The notes below the pieces were generated by a model. The model saw only the letters and a program-made list of their open reading frames with translations, did no database searches and was not told the DNA's origin. Below are positions 10,501 to 20,397 of a DNA stretch of 59,800 nucleotides, piece after piece (position 1 is the stretch's first letter; the number at the start of each line of letters is the position of its first letter). The position numbers were made by a program, and so were the translations under genes. The stretch covers positions 1 through 59,800 of the forward strand of contig CAZVZU010000010.1 in assembly GCA_964631685.1 (NCBI GenBank), read 5' to 3'. The DNA is from an uncultured Actinomycetes bacterium (GTDB taxonomy: Bacteria > SZUA-79 > Acidulodesulfobacterales > Acidulodesulfobacteraceae).

Positions 10501-11231
10501 ATGACTGTGAATTTCGCGGAGCTGATGACATGTATGCATGTTTTTTGTTAAAAATCAGCAATGAGGTAGTCGGTACGGTTTCTATCGAATCAAAGAGTAA
10601 AAATTTCTTCACAGATGAAACAAATGGGCTAATAAAAGAAGTAGTTAATATAGCGTCACCTGTTTTCGCAAAATTGATATTAATGGAGACAAGCAAAAAA
10701 CTTGCTGTCACAGATCCCCTAACAGGAATTTACAACAGAAGATATATGATTGAGTTTACTAAGAGGGAGATTATAAGGGCATATAGAAATAAAAGCGATT
10801 TATCTTTGGCAATACTGGATATAGACAGGTTTAAGGATATAAACGATAAGTATGGTCATCAAATCGGCGATGAAATACTAATAAAGTTCGTTACAGACTT
10901 AAAAAACATTTTAATTAGAAAACAAGACATAATAACGCGACACGGTGGCGATGAATTTGTTGTGGTTCTGCCTGATACAAATAGACATAGTGCAATAAAA
11001 CTCATGAAAAAATTAAGTAGTTATTTTGAAAGCAAGATATACACCGTCAGGGGAAATATTAGCATAAATATCACTATATCCGTAGGCATTTCATTCACAC
11101 AATATACCTCCGGATCGCAAAAAGTTGACAAGGACAGCGCAATTGAGGACAGCCTTAATTATCTTTTAAAAACAGCCGATGAAAATCTTTATAAAGCAAA
11201 AGATTCAGGAAGAAACAAAATAATCGGCTAA
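7584..11231 (+). CDS. Membrane-bound multi-sensor diguanylate cyclase (Cache-like periplasmic domain, HAMP-like, GAF(s), PAS-like, GGDEF)
   Basis: Two TM segments; C-terminal TDPLTGIYNRR, DIDRFKDIND.YGH, RHGGDEF; RxxD I-site (RKQD) five residues before GGDEF. Confidence 0.9.
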   Translation: MFKININSIRFKIYALFIVSSLIVFSIGIFSTIHNVTFFNHKYLKARLRSRMMKTTMQFISDRKYMLERANDIVAHNFQDSFMQGLFSPKAASFKYSSAAYLPKKNRISNIILIRIKNGRASYIKKYSHVYYKGKQLSNYKRFAGIISVRNKYIFAGFGRDKTGKLIELRVIYWLKHKQTGFIIILNKHITSNYLRDIRLRSHIDAHLGVYYGAERSAISLYKNSKYLGLGQRATKKQLTVLKSGKKIYTSMVVRGSLFYIYNEPIRNHNGKIIGILGSGIREYSWIWYISKLYLPVFFFAGIFIFMLLIFILINKKFSGSFYDLLKSIEKIQPNNPKKLHLVNKYKKGESELYKLAATITDLNDTIIEKQEENSLIVSNINYFSKMISAQDDLNSLINKLIRLIVERMGYSYAWFGILDESSKDIKITNTYSNNFTYIKNLIFKYDNSKYSQNLASRSIKSENYEVINDISSDETIPLYKDKLLEHNFLSVGAFPLIVPGNASSKKHDIEGVLIVYSNKKDAFDSIKAAAIFNLTNYVSYLIAYLKNLKKSLILSAMAEQILFSIVTGYTQNTTSADGNANKIDEQEFLNNIEDNLQTDFVEFIVYDGVKNEIIRGTFSKRWSYNVGKSTIEPTPTLFIINKIAQNRLELSNYQEDEFATGYFLHAGVEDMILYAFEGTENKRYLAVTGSIKRKMVFRNEDVEFFRDGANLFATHFEINLLLEKIDSYSKLVENRENLINKMIEFGVVSVDLTDKVVSLYNDYFAKVFDINKFSAPMSIDDFYNNVRHSFKDEVFARDIFDIYIKDRYVTTIESVEINLKNGIVLSMKSSTFLTKNNSVIRLLVFGNVTDSKNYIENMEDLNKKLNLINELSYKLSMVFTLEYAIKTFAQGICSIKSKKSGEVDSLHINIFDTNDKKTVTSLVYTKNKDKVDKADEKKIKEKTTATTNFIDYNDYLSSCKLLKNNKNDGIVNDCEFRGADDMYACFLLKISNEVVGTVSIESKSKNFFTDETNGLIKEVVNIASPVFAKLILMETSKKLAVTDPLTGIYNRRYMIEFTKREIIRAYRNKSDLSLAILDIDRFKDINDKYGHQIGDEILIKFVTDLKNILIRKQDIITRHGGDEFVVVLPDTNRHSAIKLMKKLSSYFESKIYTVRGNISINITISVGISFTQYTSGSQKVDKDSAIEDSLNYLLKTADENLYKAKDSGRNKIIG

Positions 11232-11248
11232 AAAACAACCACGATAAA

Positions 11249-12271
11249 ATGCATGCCATAAGACTTTTCAAGGAGAGAGAGGTATTTATTCAATGTCTAA
11301 TCTGCGCACATAGATGTCGAATTAAAGAAGGCAGACTAGGGGTTTGCAGGACTATTTTAAACAAAAACGGAATATTGTACAGTGTAAACTATGGTATTTT
11401 GGTAGCCCAAAATGCGGATCCGATTGAAAAAAAACCGCTCTTTCATTTTTTGCCCGAAACTTACTCGTATTCAATTGCATCACCCGGTTGCAATTTTAGA
11501 TGTTTAGGCTGTCAAAATGCCAATATTTCCCAAAGTTATAGGGATACGTACAACATGTCTTCCGAATATTTTAAGAGGACGAAAAGAATATCCCCCGAAG
11601 AGATTATTGTAAGAGCGTTGAATGCTAATTGCAAATCTATTTCGTACACATACACTGACCCGGCGGCTTTCTTCGATTACAGCCTAGATGTAATGAAGCT
11701 TGCCCACGACAAGGGTTTGCAAAATGTGTTCGTTACAAACGGATATTACACGCAAGAAGCTGTCGATGCCACAAAAGGATTATTGGATGCGGCAAATATT
11801 GATATAAAATTCTTTAACGATGCAAATTACAGAAAGATATGCGGCGGCAAATTGGAGCCTATCTTGGAAGCGGTAAAAATGTTTTATGCTAATAATGTCC
11901 ACATTGAGATCACTACGCTCCTCATAGACGAATACAATAATACGCCTGGGGAAATTCGAGATATTGCGAACTTTATTGTCTCAATAGACCCTGACATCCC
12001 ATGGCATATTTCAAGATTTTTTCCGTTATATAAAATGAAAGATAAACAAATAACAAAAGAGGACAGCCTTGCCCTTGCATATAATATAGGAAAAGATGCG
12101 GGACTCAACTATGTATATATAGGAAATATTCAAAAATATAAACATGAAGACACATACTGCCCTTCATGCAAAAAACTTTTAATCAGGAGAGCCGGATATA
12201 AAATTTTAGAAAATAATATTTTATCCGGCGGATGTAAATTTTGCGGATATAAAATTTACGGCGTTTTTTGA
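11249..12271 (+). CDS. amrS: AmmeMemoRadiSam system radical SAM enzyme
   Basis: N-terminal CxxCxxxC, DPIEKKPLFHF, CNFRCLGCQN, PWHISRFFP, VYIGNI, C-terminal CxxC pairs. Confidence 0.9.
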   Translation: MHAIRLFKEREVFIQCLICAHRCRIKEGRLGVCRTILNKNGILYSVNYGILVAQNADPIEKKPLFHFLPETYSYSIASPGCNFRCLGCQNANISQSYRDTYNMSSEYFKRTKRISPEEIIVRALNANCKSISYTYTDPAAFFDYSLDVMKLAHDKGLQNVFVTNGYYTQEAVDATKGLLDAANIDIKFFNDANYRKICGGKLEPILEAVKMFYANNVHIEITTLLIDEYNNTPGEIRDIANFIVSIDPDIPWHISRFFPLYKMKDKQITKEDSLALAYNIGKDAGLNYVYIGNIQKYKHEDTYCPSCKKLLIRRAGYKILENNILSGGCKFCGYKIYGVF

Positions 12272-12328
12272 GTTTATTTTTTTATTGAAATTTTTTCACA
12301 AAAAGTTTAATCTATACTTCGGTTGTTT

Positions 12329-12402
12329 TGGGGGATCGTCTAGCGGCAGGACCTAGGACTCTGACTCCTATAACGGAGGTTCGAATCCTCCTCCCCCAAC
12401 CA
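12329..12402 (+). tRNA. tRNA-Gln (anticodon CTG)
   Basis: Acceptor stem TGGGGGA/TCCCCCA; anticodon arm TAGGA-CTCTGAC-TCCTA; T arm GGAGG-TTCGAAT-CCTCC; encoded CCA. Confidence 0.97.
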
Positions 12403-12571
12403 TTCAAAAACCGTTATAAATAAATTCTTTTCGCCAAATATGCATATGTTGCAACATCCTAAGCGGTAATTATCGCCGTTAATTACATATGAGTGAGCAT
12501 TTCAAATACAACTGAGCGGGAGTTTTGACTTTTTAAAGCAAGATATAATATAATGAGGAAAATGGGGGAAA

Positions 12572-12985
12572 ATGCATTATAAAGTTGACACAGTTGCTTT
12601 TTCCGGTCTTCTTAAGTGGGAATATGTAAATAAACTAATCAATGATGTTAGGCATTCCGGCTCAACATGGCATTATGTTTACACCCAACTTGAAGATATG
12701 AAAGATACGGTAGATGCCGACAAAGCCGCAGATTTTCTAAAAGAAAGAATGGAAGAGATTAGGAAGTTAGATGAAATTTGCGGGTGGTTTTATGTCCATA
12801 CTAAAGAAGATCCTTCAATAATAAAAATTTATCATCCGGGCATGTCTGGCGGTAGCTGTTCAATAATTACTCCCCCGCCATGGATAATTGTCTCAATAGA
12901 ACAACCTAAAAATATAGCCGATTTGGAATCTTATAAGCCTATCATCAGGCCTAAGAGGAAGGGGATATTCAAGATATTCGGATGA
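12572..12985 (+). CDS. Hypothetical protein
   Basis: 137-aa ORF with a purine-rich leader and upstream TTGACT...TATAAT. Confidence 0.7.
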   Translation: MHYKVDTVAFSGLLKWEYVNKLINDVRHSGSTWHYVYTQLEDMKDTVDADKAADFLKERMEEIRKLDEICGWFYVHTKEDPSIIKIYHPGMSGGSCSIITPPPWIIVSIEQPKNIADLESYKPIIRPKRKGIFKIFG

Positions 12986-13021
12986 TCATATAAAATTTAC
13001 AAATATTTATTGGTAATTGAG

Positions 13022-13549
13022 ATGACCGAAAAGGAATTTATTAATGTTCTAAAGAATGGGAGTTTTGAAGAGCGATTTGACGCCGTAAGTAGGGCAGAAC
13101 CGGCTTACCTTATACATGCTGTAAATGATAACGACCGGAATATAAGGTATAAGGTTGCATGCAGGATACCGCCGGAAGATTTATCATACTTCGTAAGCGA
13201 TGCATATAAGGAAGTGCGCTTGATAGCGGCAAAAAGGATCCGAAGTGGGGGATTGCCAAAGTTGATTAATGATAAATCATTCTGGGTTAGACACGCCGTA
13301 GCAGAGAGAATAGACAAATCTTTTTTGCATCTGCTCGTTGACGACAAGGAACCTATAGTTAGAATTACTGTAGCGGAAAGAATAGATGAGGAATATTTAA
13401 AAAATATGGCGAAGGATGGGGAAGCTCTGGTCAGAAAAGCCGTCGCAAAAAGGATCCCCGTAAAATATATATCTTTAATGCAGAATGATGCAAGCGAAAG
13501 CGTTAGAGGTATTGTTTTAGAAAGGCTTGATAAGCATAATCACAAATAA
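13022..13549 (+). CDS. HEAT/LRV (leucine-rich variant) repeat protein
   Basis: About six 24-aa repeats of the form D..xVR..VA.RI...L..L; no Cys cluster. Confidence 0.8.
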   Translation: MTEKEFINVLKNGSFEERFDAVSRAEPAYLIHAVNDNDRNIRYKVACRIPPEDLSYFVSDAYKEVRLIAAKRIRSGGLPKLINDKSFWVRHAVAERIDKSFLHLLVDDKEPIVRITVAERIDEEYLKNMAKDGEALVRKAVAKRIPVKYISLMQNDASESVRGIVLERLDKHNHK

Positions 13550-13970
13550 ATAGGGCATAAGAAGCGAACAATGCGCAATTCAATAAATTCTTTAAGCACA
13601 ACGGCATTATTGTTTACTTCGTCTTTTAAACCATAAAGCAGGGTTATGTCTTTACTTTCGTTTTTTAGGAATGTCCCTATAACAGCAAATGGGTTATCCG
13701 ATACGTTTTTACTTGCATCCCTATAAGCACTGTAATATTTCGCAAGTTCTATCAAATATCTCTTTTTAAACTTGACGAAATCTATCGCATCAGTATGATA
13801 TAATCTCCTTAATTCGGCAGAAGGGGCAATGTTTTTAAACCAAAAATCTATCCTTGCTCGTTCTTTACCAACCCCCCCCTTGGCCACAGCCTATCAACTA
13901 ATATCCTTAGCCCATCTTTATCTGACGGATTTTCATAAATTCTTTTCGTATTGTATATGGGACATGCCAT
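13540..13970 (-). pseudogene. DUF488/YeaO-family gene frameshifted at a G8 tract
   Basis: The 5' frame reads MACPIYNTKRIYENPSDKDGLRILVDRLWPRG and then stops. The 3' frame continues VGKERARIDFWFKNIAPSAELR. The switch falls in the C8 run at 13872-13879. Confidence 0.85.
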
Positions 13971-13987
13971 TCTCCGCAAAAAAGAAA

Positions 13988-14845
13988 TTAAGTCAGTGAA
14001 TCAGTATTTGTAATATTCAAATTATTTTTAAAAATTAGATTGCGAATAGGAAATGGTATATCTATGTTATGTTCCTCAAATTTCTCGGCAATTTCTATAT
14101 TTATCTCCGTCAGTGTAATATACCTATTAACGGGGGTCGGAAGCCATATAATGAGTTCCAAATTGTACGTAAAATCACCAAACGAAGTAAACCAGACGAT
14201 AGGTTCAGGATTATTTAAAACATGGCTATTATTCTTTGCTATATTTTTTAATATTTCAATCGCCGGCTTAATCTTAGAAGGTGCATACTCAATACCGACA
14301 GGCATATGAATTCTAACCTTTGAGTTATTATGCGACCAGTTTATTACATTTTGAGTAATAAAATTAGAATTTGGAACAATCACGGATATGTTATCCTGCG
14401 TCGTAATTGTTGTGCTTCTTGCTCTTATTTCGTTCACAACACCTTCAAGCTCCCCGATTTGTATATAATCGTTAATTTTAATAGGACGCTCGAATGTTAT
14501 AATAACACCCGATATAAAATTACTTATAATATTCTGCATTCCAAAACTTAAACCCAACCCAATAACGCCGGCAAAAACCGTAAGAGCCGATAAATTTATC
14601 CCTAAAATCTGAAATGCTGCATAAAATCCGACTGTCAATAAGATTAGCTTGTTTACTTTTGTGATTGTGTCCTGAACTCCCGCATCAAATTTAAATTTGG
14701 AAAGGATCTCTTTTTTTAGAAACAGATTGATGATAAAAACAAGAAAATAAAAAAAGACTATTGTCAATATAGCTAAAATAACCGACAATACATCAACCTT
14801 AAATCCGTGTATAGATATAATCTTGTCTCGTAAAAAATCTAACAT
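13988..14845 (-). CDS. mscS: Small-conductance mechanosensitive channel (MscS family)
   Basis: GLSFGMQNIISNFISG, ERPIKIND, VPNS, VINWS, IPFP motifs. Confidence 0.92.
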   Translation of the reverse strand: MLDFLRDKIISIHGFKVDVLSVILAILTIVFFYFLVFIINLFLKKEILSKFKFDAGVQDTITKVNKLILLTVGFYAAFQILGINLSALTVFAGVIGLGLSFGMQNIISNFISGVIITFERPIKINDYIQIGELEGVVNEIRARSTTITTQDNISVIVPNSNFITQNVINWSHNNSKVRIHMPVGIEYAPSKIKPAIEILKNIAKNNSHVLNNPEPIVWFTSFGDFTYNLELIIWLPTPVNRYITLTEINIEIAEKFEEHNIDIPFPIRNLIFKNNLNITNTDSLT

Positions 14846-15001
14846 AAATTTTATATTTTAATTACGATCCTATTTATTTAAGCTTCACTTTTTTGTTATC
14901 CGAAGGTTCCTGGATATATTACAACACAAAATGAACACAATATGCAATATGTTATAATATTAGCCACATATTCATTAATATTTATTATAGAGGTTGATGT
15001 C

Positions 15002-16339
15002 ATGGATCTTTTTAGTGATAACGATTTTTTGCCACCACTTGCCGAAAGGCTCAGGCCCAAAACCCTATCCGACTTTATTGGCCAGTCGAACATTCTCGGC
15101 AAAGATAAACCATTGAGAAATATGTTGGATTCAAAATTGATTCGCTCAATGATACTCTGGGGCCCGCCCGGAAGCGGCAAAACAACCCTTGCCAATATCA
15201 TAGCGAATATTTTCGATTATGAATTTTATCATATTTCGGCAGTTTCGTCAGGCGTCAAAGAGTTAAGAGAAATTATTGATAAAACGAATACCAACGTTAA
15301 ATATTACAAAGAACCCCTGACACTGATTCTTTTTATCGATGAGATACATCATTTTAATAAATCTCAGCAAGATTTACTATTGCATTCCATTGAAGGAGGA
15401 AGGCTTATACTAATCGGAGCAACTACAGAAAATCCGTCATTTGAAATAAATCCGCCTATTTTATCAAGGGCTTCGGTATTCACATTGGACCCTTTGTCTA
15501 AAGATGCTTTAAGCAAAATAGCGCGCAGAGCACTAAATATTGATACGGTTTTAAGTAAAAAAAATATTATACTACAAGAAAGCGGCACTAATGCACTCGT
15601 TGGATGTTCCGGAAACGATGCTAGAATCATGCTAAATACATTGGAGATTGCTGTCAATATCACTAAGCCCGACGGCAAAGGCGCCCTAATATTAACCGCA
15701 AAGACTATAGAAGAAGCATGTTCCGGAAAGTTCAAATATGATAAAACGGGAGAGGAACATTACAATACTATATCGGCTTTCATTAAAAGTTTAAGGGGAA
15801 GCGATCCCGATGGAGCAGTTTTTTGGCTCGCAAGGATGCTTGATGCAGGAGAAAATATTAAATTTATCGCGAGAAGAATGATAATTATGGCTTCGGAAGA
15901 TGTGGGAAATGCAGAACCAGAAGCCTTAGGCGTGGCCGTTAACTGCTTTAACGCCGTCAATGTCATCGGTATGCCGGAAGCAAGAATTATTTTGTCCCAA
16001 ACAGCCACTTATCTCGCCGGTTGCCCCAAATCAAACGCAAGTTACACTGCTATAGAAGAAGCACTCAAAGACGTAAAAAACTTTCCCGGAGCAAGGGTGC
16101 CCCTTCACCTAAGAAATGCTCCTACTAAACTCATGAAAAATGCGGGATATCATGAAGGCTACAAATATACCCATGATTATAAAAACCACTTTACAGAGCA
16201 ACAATACCTTCCTCCTGAACTCTCCTCCAGGGTTTATTATCGCCCCGATGGCATAGGCAAAGAAAAAGAGGTTAAAGCTCGTCTCGAATTTCTATGGAAA
16301 GGGTCGAAAGTATACAATAAAAAACGGCAAGATACGTGA
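15002..16339 (+). CDS. rarA: Replication-associated recombination protein A (RarA/MgsA AAA+ ATPase)
   Basis: PLAERLRP, WGPPGSGKTT, FIDEIH, GATTENPSF, SAFIKSLRGSDPD, VPLHLRNAPT. Start placed at MDLF (15002) after GAGG. Confidence 0.95.
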   Translation: MDLFSDNDFLPPLAERLRPKTLSDFIGQSNILGKDKPLRNMLDSKLIRSMILWGPPGSGKTTLANIIANIFDYEFYHISAVSSGVKELREIIDKTNTNVKYYKEPLTLILFIDEIHHFNKSQQDLLLHSIEGGRLILIGATTENPSFEINPPILSRASVFTLDPLSKDALSKIARRALNIDTVLSKKNIILQESGTNALVGCSGNDARIMLNTLEIAVNITKPDGKGALILTAKTIEEACSGKFKYDKTGEEHYNTISAFIKSLRGSDPDGAVFWLARMLDAGENIKFIARRMIIMASEDVGNAEPEALGVAVNCFNAVNVIGMPEARIILSQTATYLAGCPKSNASYTAIEEALKDVKNFPGARVPLHLRNAPTKLMKNAGYHEGYKYTHDYKNHFTEQQYLPPELSSRVYYRPDGIGKEKEVKARLEFLWKGSKVYNKKRQDT

Positions 16340-16352
16340 TAAGCAACGCGTA

Positions 16353-17726
16353 TCAGTCTTTCTGAAAAGGACTTTTAAGTATATATATCTTATTCTTTTT
16401 AAATTTAAATAGGTATAGGTCTTTTTTAAATTTATTATCGCTCAAACGACTAATGCCGCATACGCCTTTGAACACCTTAACATTTAAAAGGGCGGCAGAA
16501 AATAGCCTTCCATTGGAACTACCATTTAGTGAACCTTGCAATTGCCAAAATCCTGTAGGCAAGGAATACACTGTGTTTGCAACGCGATTATGTCGGAGCG
16601 ACTCTGCCGTTTTGATTAATATTCCTCCTATATCGTATCCCTCAGCACTGAGTATGTTTGGCATTTTCCCATAATCTTTTTTATATCTCACAACAAACTC
16701 TTTAACAATTTTGTTGTTATCATATTTAAAAAACCCATCTGGGAAAACTGCCCCCTGCATATAAAATCCGTAATCCTCTATAAATGTCCTTGAATTAAAC
16801 GAACTTAAGCCAAATATTGTAAACCCGGTGATATTATAATACATAAGCTGGGTCAAGATTAATTTTAACTTTGAGCGCCCTCCGATCACAAAAAGACCCT
16901 GAAAGGAGATATGGGGTTTCATCTTTGTTATGCCATGTGCAAGGTCATAAGGGGTAATCCCAAGTTTTGCTTCTTCGGCCTTGGACATATGACCAATCTT
17001 AACTTTATCAAATCGGACGATGGAAGTAAAATTATGGTAGAAATCAACTGTTTTATCGTTATAAGCGGTAACATTGAGAATATTAATATTATACTTTATT
17101 GCAAAACGCGTTATATAAGCAAGAAGCTTTTGCCCATAACTGCCATGTGGGTATATAACCGAAATATTACTTATGCCTGTATAATCGGCATATTTCATTT
17201 CCGTTTTAATTTCTTGTTTTAGTGTCATGCCGTAACTATAAACAAAGGGTGAAATATCCTCCTTGGTTACAAACGGAGAGGGTGTTATTACCGGAATTCT
17301 AAATTTAACGGAATCAGATGCAAAATATTTTAGTTGACCCGCAAATATAGGCCCAACTATGGCGCTTATTCCCTTGTTCGCAAGAGAAGCAAACATGTAA
17401 CCAATACTAGCACTATCTGCATCTGCCGGCAGATTGACTATTACATACCTTATCTTTGAATCGTTAGAATTTTTCAGACTGAGCAGTAACCCGTTTATAA
17501 ACTGCCTACTGAAATAAACAAGTCTTCCTCCGGTCGGGAGCACTATCGCAACCTTTACCGCACTGCTCCCGGGCGAAATATTTTTACCACGAACTGTTTT
17601 TCCATAGGATAACGGGGGCGCGACGATAGAGAGTAAAAAAATAGCCGTAACAAAATGAATCAACAAAAACAAATATAATTTGCTTTTGCCTTTTTTTACA
17701 GTGACATTAATCGTATCTGTTGACAT
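16353..17726 (-). CDS. Periplasmic type-1 binding-fold protein (LpoA/LppC-like PBP activator or ABC substrate-binding protein)
   Basis: N-terminal hydrophobic segment; VAIVLPTGG, AIVGPI, AEGYD, FKGVCG pattern. Confidence 0.7.
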   Translation of the reverse strand: MSTDTINVTVKKGKSKLYLFLLIHFVTAIFLLSIVAPPLSYGKTVRGKNISPGSSAVKVAIVLPTGGRLVYFSRQFINGLLLSLKNSNDSKIRYVIVNLPADADSASIGYMFASLANKGISAIVGPIFAGQLKYFASDSVKFRIPVITPSPFVTKEDISPFVYSYGMTLKQEIKTEMKYADYTGISNISVIYPHGSYGQKLLAYITRFAIKYNINILNVTAYNDKTVDFYHNFTSIVRFDKVKIGHMSKAEEAKLGITPYDLAHGITKMKPHISFQGLFVIGGRSKLKLILTQLMYYNITGFTIFGLSSFNSRTFIEDYGFYMQGAVFPDGFFKYDNNKIVKEFVVRYKKDYGKMPNILSAEGYDIGGILIKTAESLRHNRVANTVYSLPTGFWQLQGSLNGSSNGRLFSAALLNVKVFKGVCGISRLSDNKFKKDLYLFKFKKNKIYILKSPFQKD

Positions 17727-18114
17727 TTTACAAATCTATTAAATTTACAAATAAAAACACTTTAATTTTTTCTATTTTATCATATTATTTAAATTAAATA
17801 AATTACACACGAAAGACTGTAGAAATGCCGGTAACCCGGTTAAAATTTTTAAAGGAAAGGGTGTATGTTTAAGATACGAGCAACGACTTGTTTAAAACCA
17901 ATAAAAACATAATGTTATTCAACAATTTATGTTAAAACTTTCAGAAAAATAAAAGATAACTATTGACAATTTAGCAAAACTAAGCAATATTAAATTTAGC
18001 GTTAACTCAAACTTAAGCGATTAAGAACGTCTTGCTGCTTGAGATAAGTTTTAAAATAGAGAGACTCCCGGAAGGGATTATTAGAAAATCTAAAAATTAA
18101 AATATTGGAATTTT

Positions 18115-20397
18115 ATGAAAAATCTTGTAATTGTTGAATCTCCATCAAAAGCGCATACCATAAATAAATACCTTGGCGACGATTTTATAGTCAAGGCTAC
18201 AGTCGGACATATTAAGAATTTACCCAAAAATAATATCGGCGTTGATATAGAAAACGATTTTGAACCGCAATACGAAATCATAAAGGGTAGAGAAAAAACC
18301 ATTGAAGAAATTAAAAAAATGGCGAAAAATGCAAAGAATGTATATCTTGCTGCCGACCCCGATAGAGAGGGCGAGGCTATAGCATGGAACATTAAAGAGG
18401 TTATTGATACCATTAAGGGTAAAAAGCCCACTGTAAAAAGGGTTCTTTTTCACGAAATAACAAAAGACGCCGTTAATGATGCAATAAAAAATCCTGTTTC
18501 CCTAAATGAACTCATGTATGAGTCCCAAAAAGCAAGGAGAATTTTGGATAGACTGGTGGGATATAATCTCAGTCCTTTTCTATGGGACAAGGTGCGAAGA
18601 GGGCTCTCGGCCGGAAGGGTTCAGTCAGTCGCTTTATATTTAATAGTGGAAAGAGAAAAGGAGATAAGCGGCTTTAAAAAGGAAGAGTTTTGGACGATAA
18701 AGGCACTTTTCGACATAGAAAAAGATAAAACTATAAACATAGAGTGTGATCTTTTTAAAATAAATGGAAAAGAACCCAAGATAAAAAGCGGCGAAGATGC
18801 GGTAGCACTAAAAGCAAATCTTTTAAAGGCCGACGGATACGAGATAGAAGGCATAAGTAAAAAACAATTTTCAAGAAAACCGCCATTGCCTTTTATTACA
18901 AGCACACTACAGCAGGAAGCTGCGAAGGTTTTAAGATTTCCCGTCAGAAAAACAATGCATGTAGCACAAAAACTTTATGAGGGAATGGAAATAGGAGCAG
19001 TAGAAGGAGTTAGCAATAAACCTCTAGGTGCCACCGGCCTCATAACATATATGAGGACGGATTCATCAAGGATATCTGATGATGCATCGCAATCTGCCAA
19101 AGATTTTATAAAAAATTTATTCGGAAAAGAATATTTACACAAAAATGGGGTCCGCAAGAGAAAGGGTAAAGATAAAAAAAATATACAAGATGCGCATGAA
19201 GCGATAAGACCTACAAATGTTTTGCTATCCCCTATAAAAATTAAAAACTTCTTAACCCCTGATGAGTATAAGCTATATAACCTTATATGGACTAATTTCG
19301 TTGCATCTTTTATGAGCGAAAGTATATACGATCAATACAGTATCATTATAAAGGGTTCCTATAATGAAGCGCAAAACAGCAATAGCACTACATACACATT
19401 TAAAACTACGGAAAGTGTTTTGAATTTTGACGGATTTCAAAAAATAATAAATGAATCGTTAGGTCAGCAAATATCCCTCAAAAATGACAATAATATACTA
19501 AAAATTTTTGCACTTATTACTAAGGGCGATCCCGCCGACATAAAAAAGGTTGATACGCTTCAACATTTTACCTTGCCTCCGCCAAGGTACACAGAAGCAA
19601 CCTTAGTAAAAGCACTGGACGAGAATAACATCGGAAGACCATCGACGTATCAGAGCATCATAGCGAACATAACCAATAAGGATTACGTTATTATGACCAA
19701 AGAATCTGCGGATACTTCTAAAAAAGGCGGTTCCACACTTAAGTTTAAACCGACGGAGCTTGGCATGATGGTTTCGGATATTTTAAAGGCGGGCTTTTCG
19801 GACATAGTAGATTTAAAATTTACGGCAAACATGGAATCTAAGCTTGACAGTGTTGAAAATGGAACAATGAAGAAAAAGGAGCTGTTGTCAGATTTTTACG
19901 ATCAATTTAAGAAAACCCTTCAGGATGCAAAAAAAAATATAAAAAATATAAAAGGAACTTCGGAACCAACCGACGAAATATGCGATAAATGCGGGAAACC
20001 AATGGTAATAAAAATGGGCAGATATGGCAAATTTTTGGCATGTAGCGGATACCCTGAATGCAAAAACACGAAAGAAATTTCAAAAAATAATGGGGCCGAT
20101 GAAGCGGATGTTAATAAAACCGACGAAATATGCGATAAATGCGGGAAACCAATGGTAATAAAAATGGGCAGATATGGCAAATTTTTGGCATGTAGCGGAT
20201 ACCCTGAATGCAAAAACATTAAGCCTATACCGATTAAACATAATAAATCCAAAATTTTGTGTCCAAATAACTGCGGCGGGTACTTGACTGAAAAACGAAC
20301 AAAAAAAGGCAGAAGATTTTTTGGTTGTTCCAGCTACCCAAAATGCGATTACGCGTCGTGGACTTTGCCAAAAACAGAGAAAGAAGATCCAGAATAA
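18115..20397 (+). CDS. topA: DNA topoisomerase I
   Basis: LVIVESPSKA, DPDREGEAI, SAGRVQS, ITYMRTDS, QDAHEAIRPT, GRPST; three C-terminal Zn ribbons. Confidence 0.97.
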   Translation: MKNLVIVESPSKAHTINKYLGDDFIVKATVGHIKNLPKNNIGVDIENDFEPQYEIIKGREKTIEEIKKMAKNAKNVYLAADPDREGEAIAWNIKEVIDTIKGKKPTVKRVLFHEITKDAVNDAIKNPVSLNELMYESQKARRILDRLVGYNLSPFLWDKVRRGLSAGRVQSVALYLIVEREKEISGFKKEEFWTIKALFDIEKDKTINIECDLFKINGKEPKIKSGEDAVALKANLLKADGYEIEGISKKQFSRKPPLPFITSTLQQEAAKVLRFPVRKTMHVAQKLYEGMEIGAVEGVSNKPLGATGLITYMRTDSSRISDDASQSAKDFIKNLFGKEYLHKNGVRKRKGKDKKNIQDAHEAIRPTNVLLSPIKIKNFLTPDEYKLYNLIWTNFVASFMSESIYDQYSIIIKGSYNEAQNSNSTTYTFKTTESVLNFDGFQKIINESLGQQISLKNDNNILKIFALITKGDPADIKKVDTLQHFTLPPPRYTEATLVKALDENNIGRPSTYQSIIANITNKDYVIMTKESADTSKKGGSTLKFKPTELGMMVSDILKAGFSDIVDLKFTANMESKLDSVENGTMKKKELLSDFYDQFKKTLQDAKKNIKNIKGTSEPTDEICDKCGKPMVIKMGRYGKFLACSGYPECKNTKEISKNNGADEADVNKTDEICDKCGKPMVIKMGRYGKFLACSGYPECKNIKPIPIKHNKSKILCPNNCGGYLTEKRTKKGRRFFGCSSYPKCDYASWTLPKTEKEDPE
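19968..20218 (+). repeat. Two identical 101-bp direct repeats (19968-20068, 20118-20218) encoding duplicated Zn ribbons
   Basis: Base-by-base identity; period 150 bp. Confidence 0.92.

Noticed and set aside
11249..12271. Complete AmmeMemoRadiSam system
   Set aside because: Only amrS is present; amrA and amrB are not in the window and are often unlinked.
13540..13887. 115-aa ORF as a complete gene
   Set aside because: It is the 3' half of the frameshifted DUF488 gene; its start is an artefact.
12403..14000. Integrative element at tRNA-Gln
   Set aside because: No integrase, no duplicated tRNA 3' end and no clear composition shift.
17727..18114. Riboswitch or ncRNA in the 388-bp gap before topA
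   Set aside because: Only short hairpins and promoter-like hexamers; no recognisable RNA family motif.
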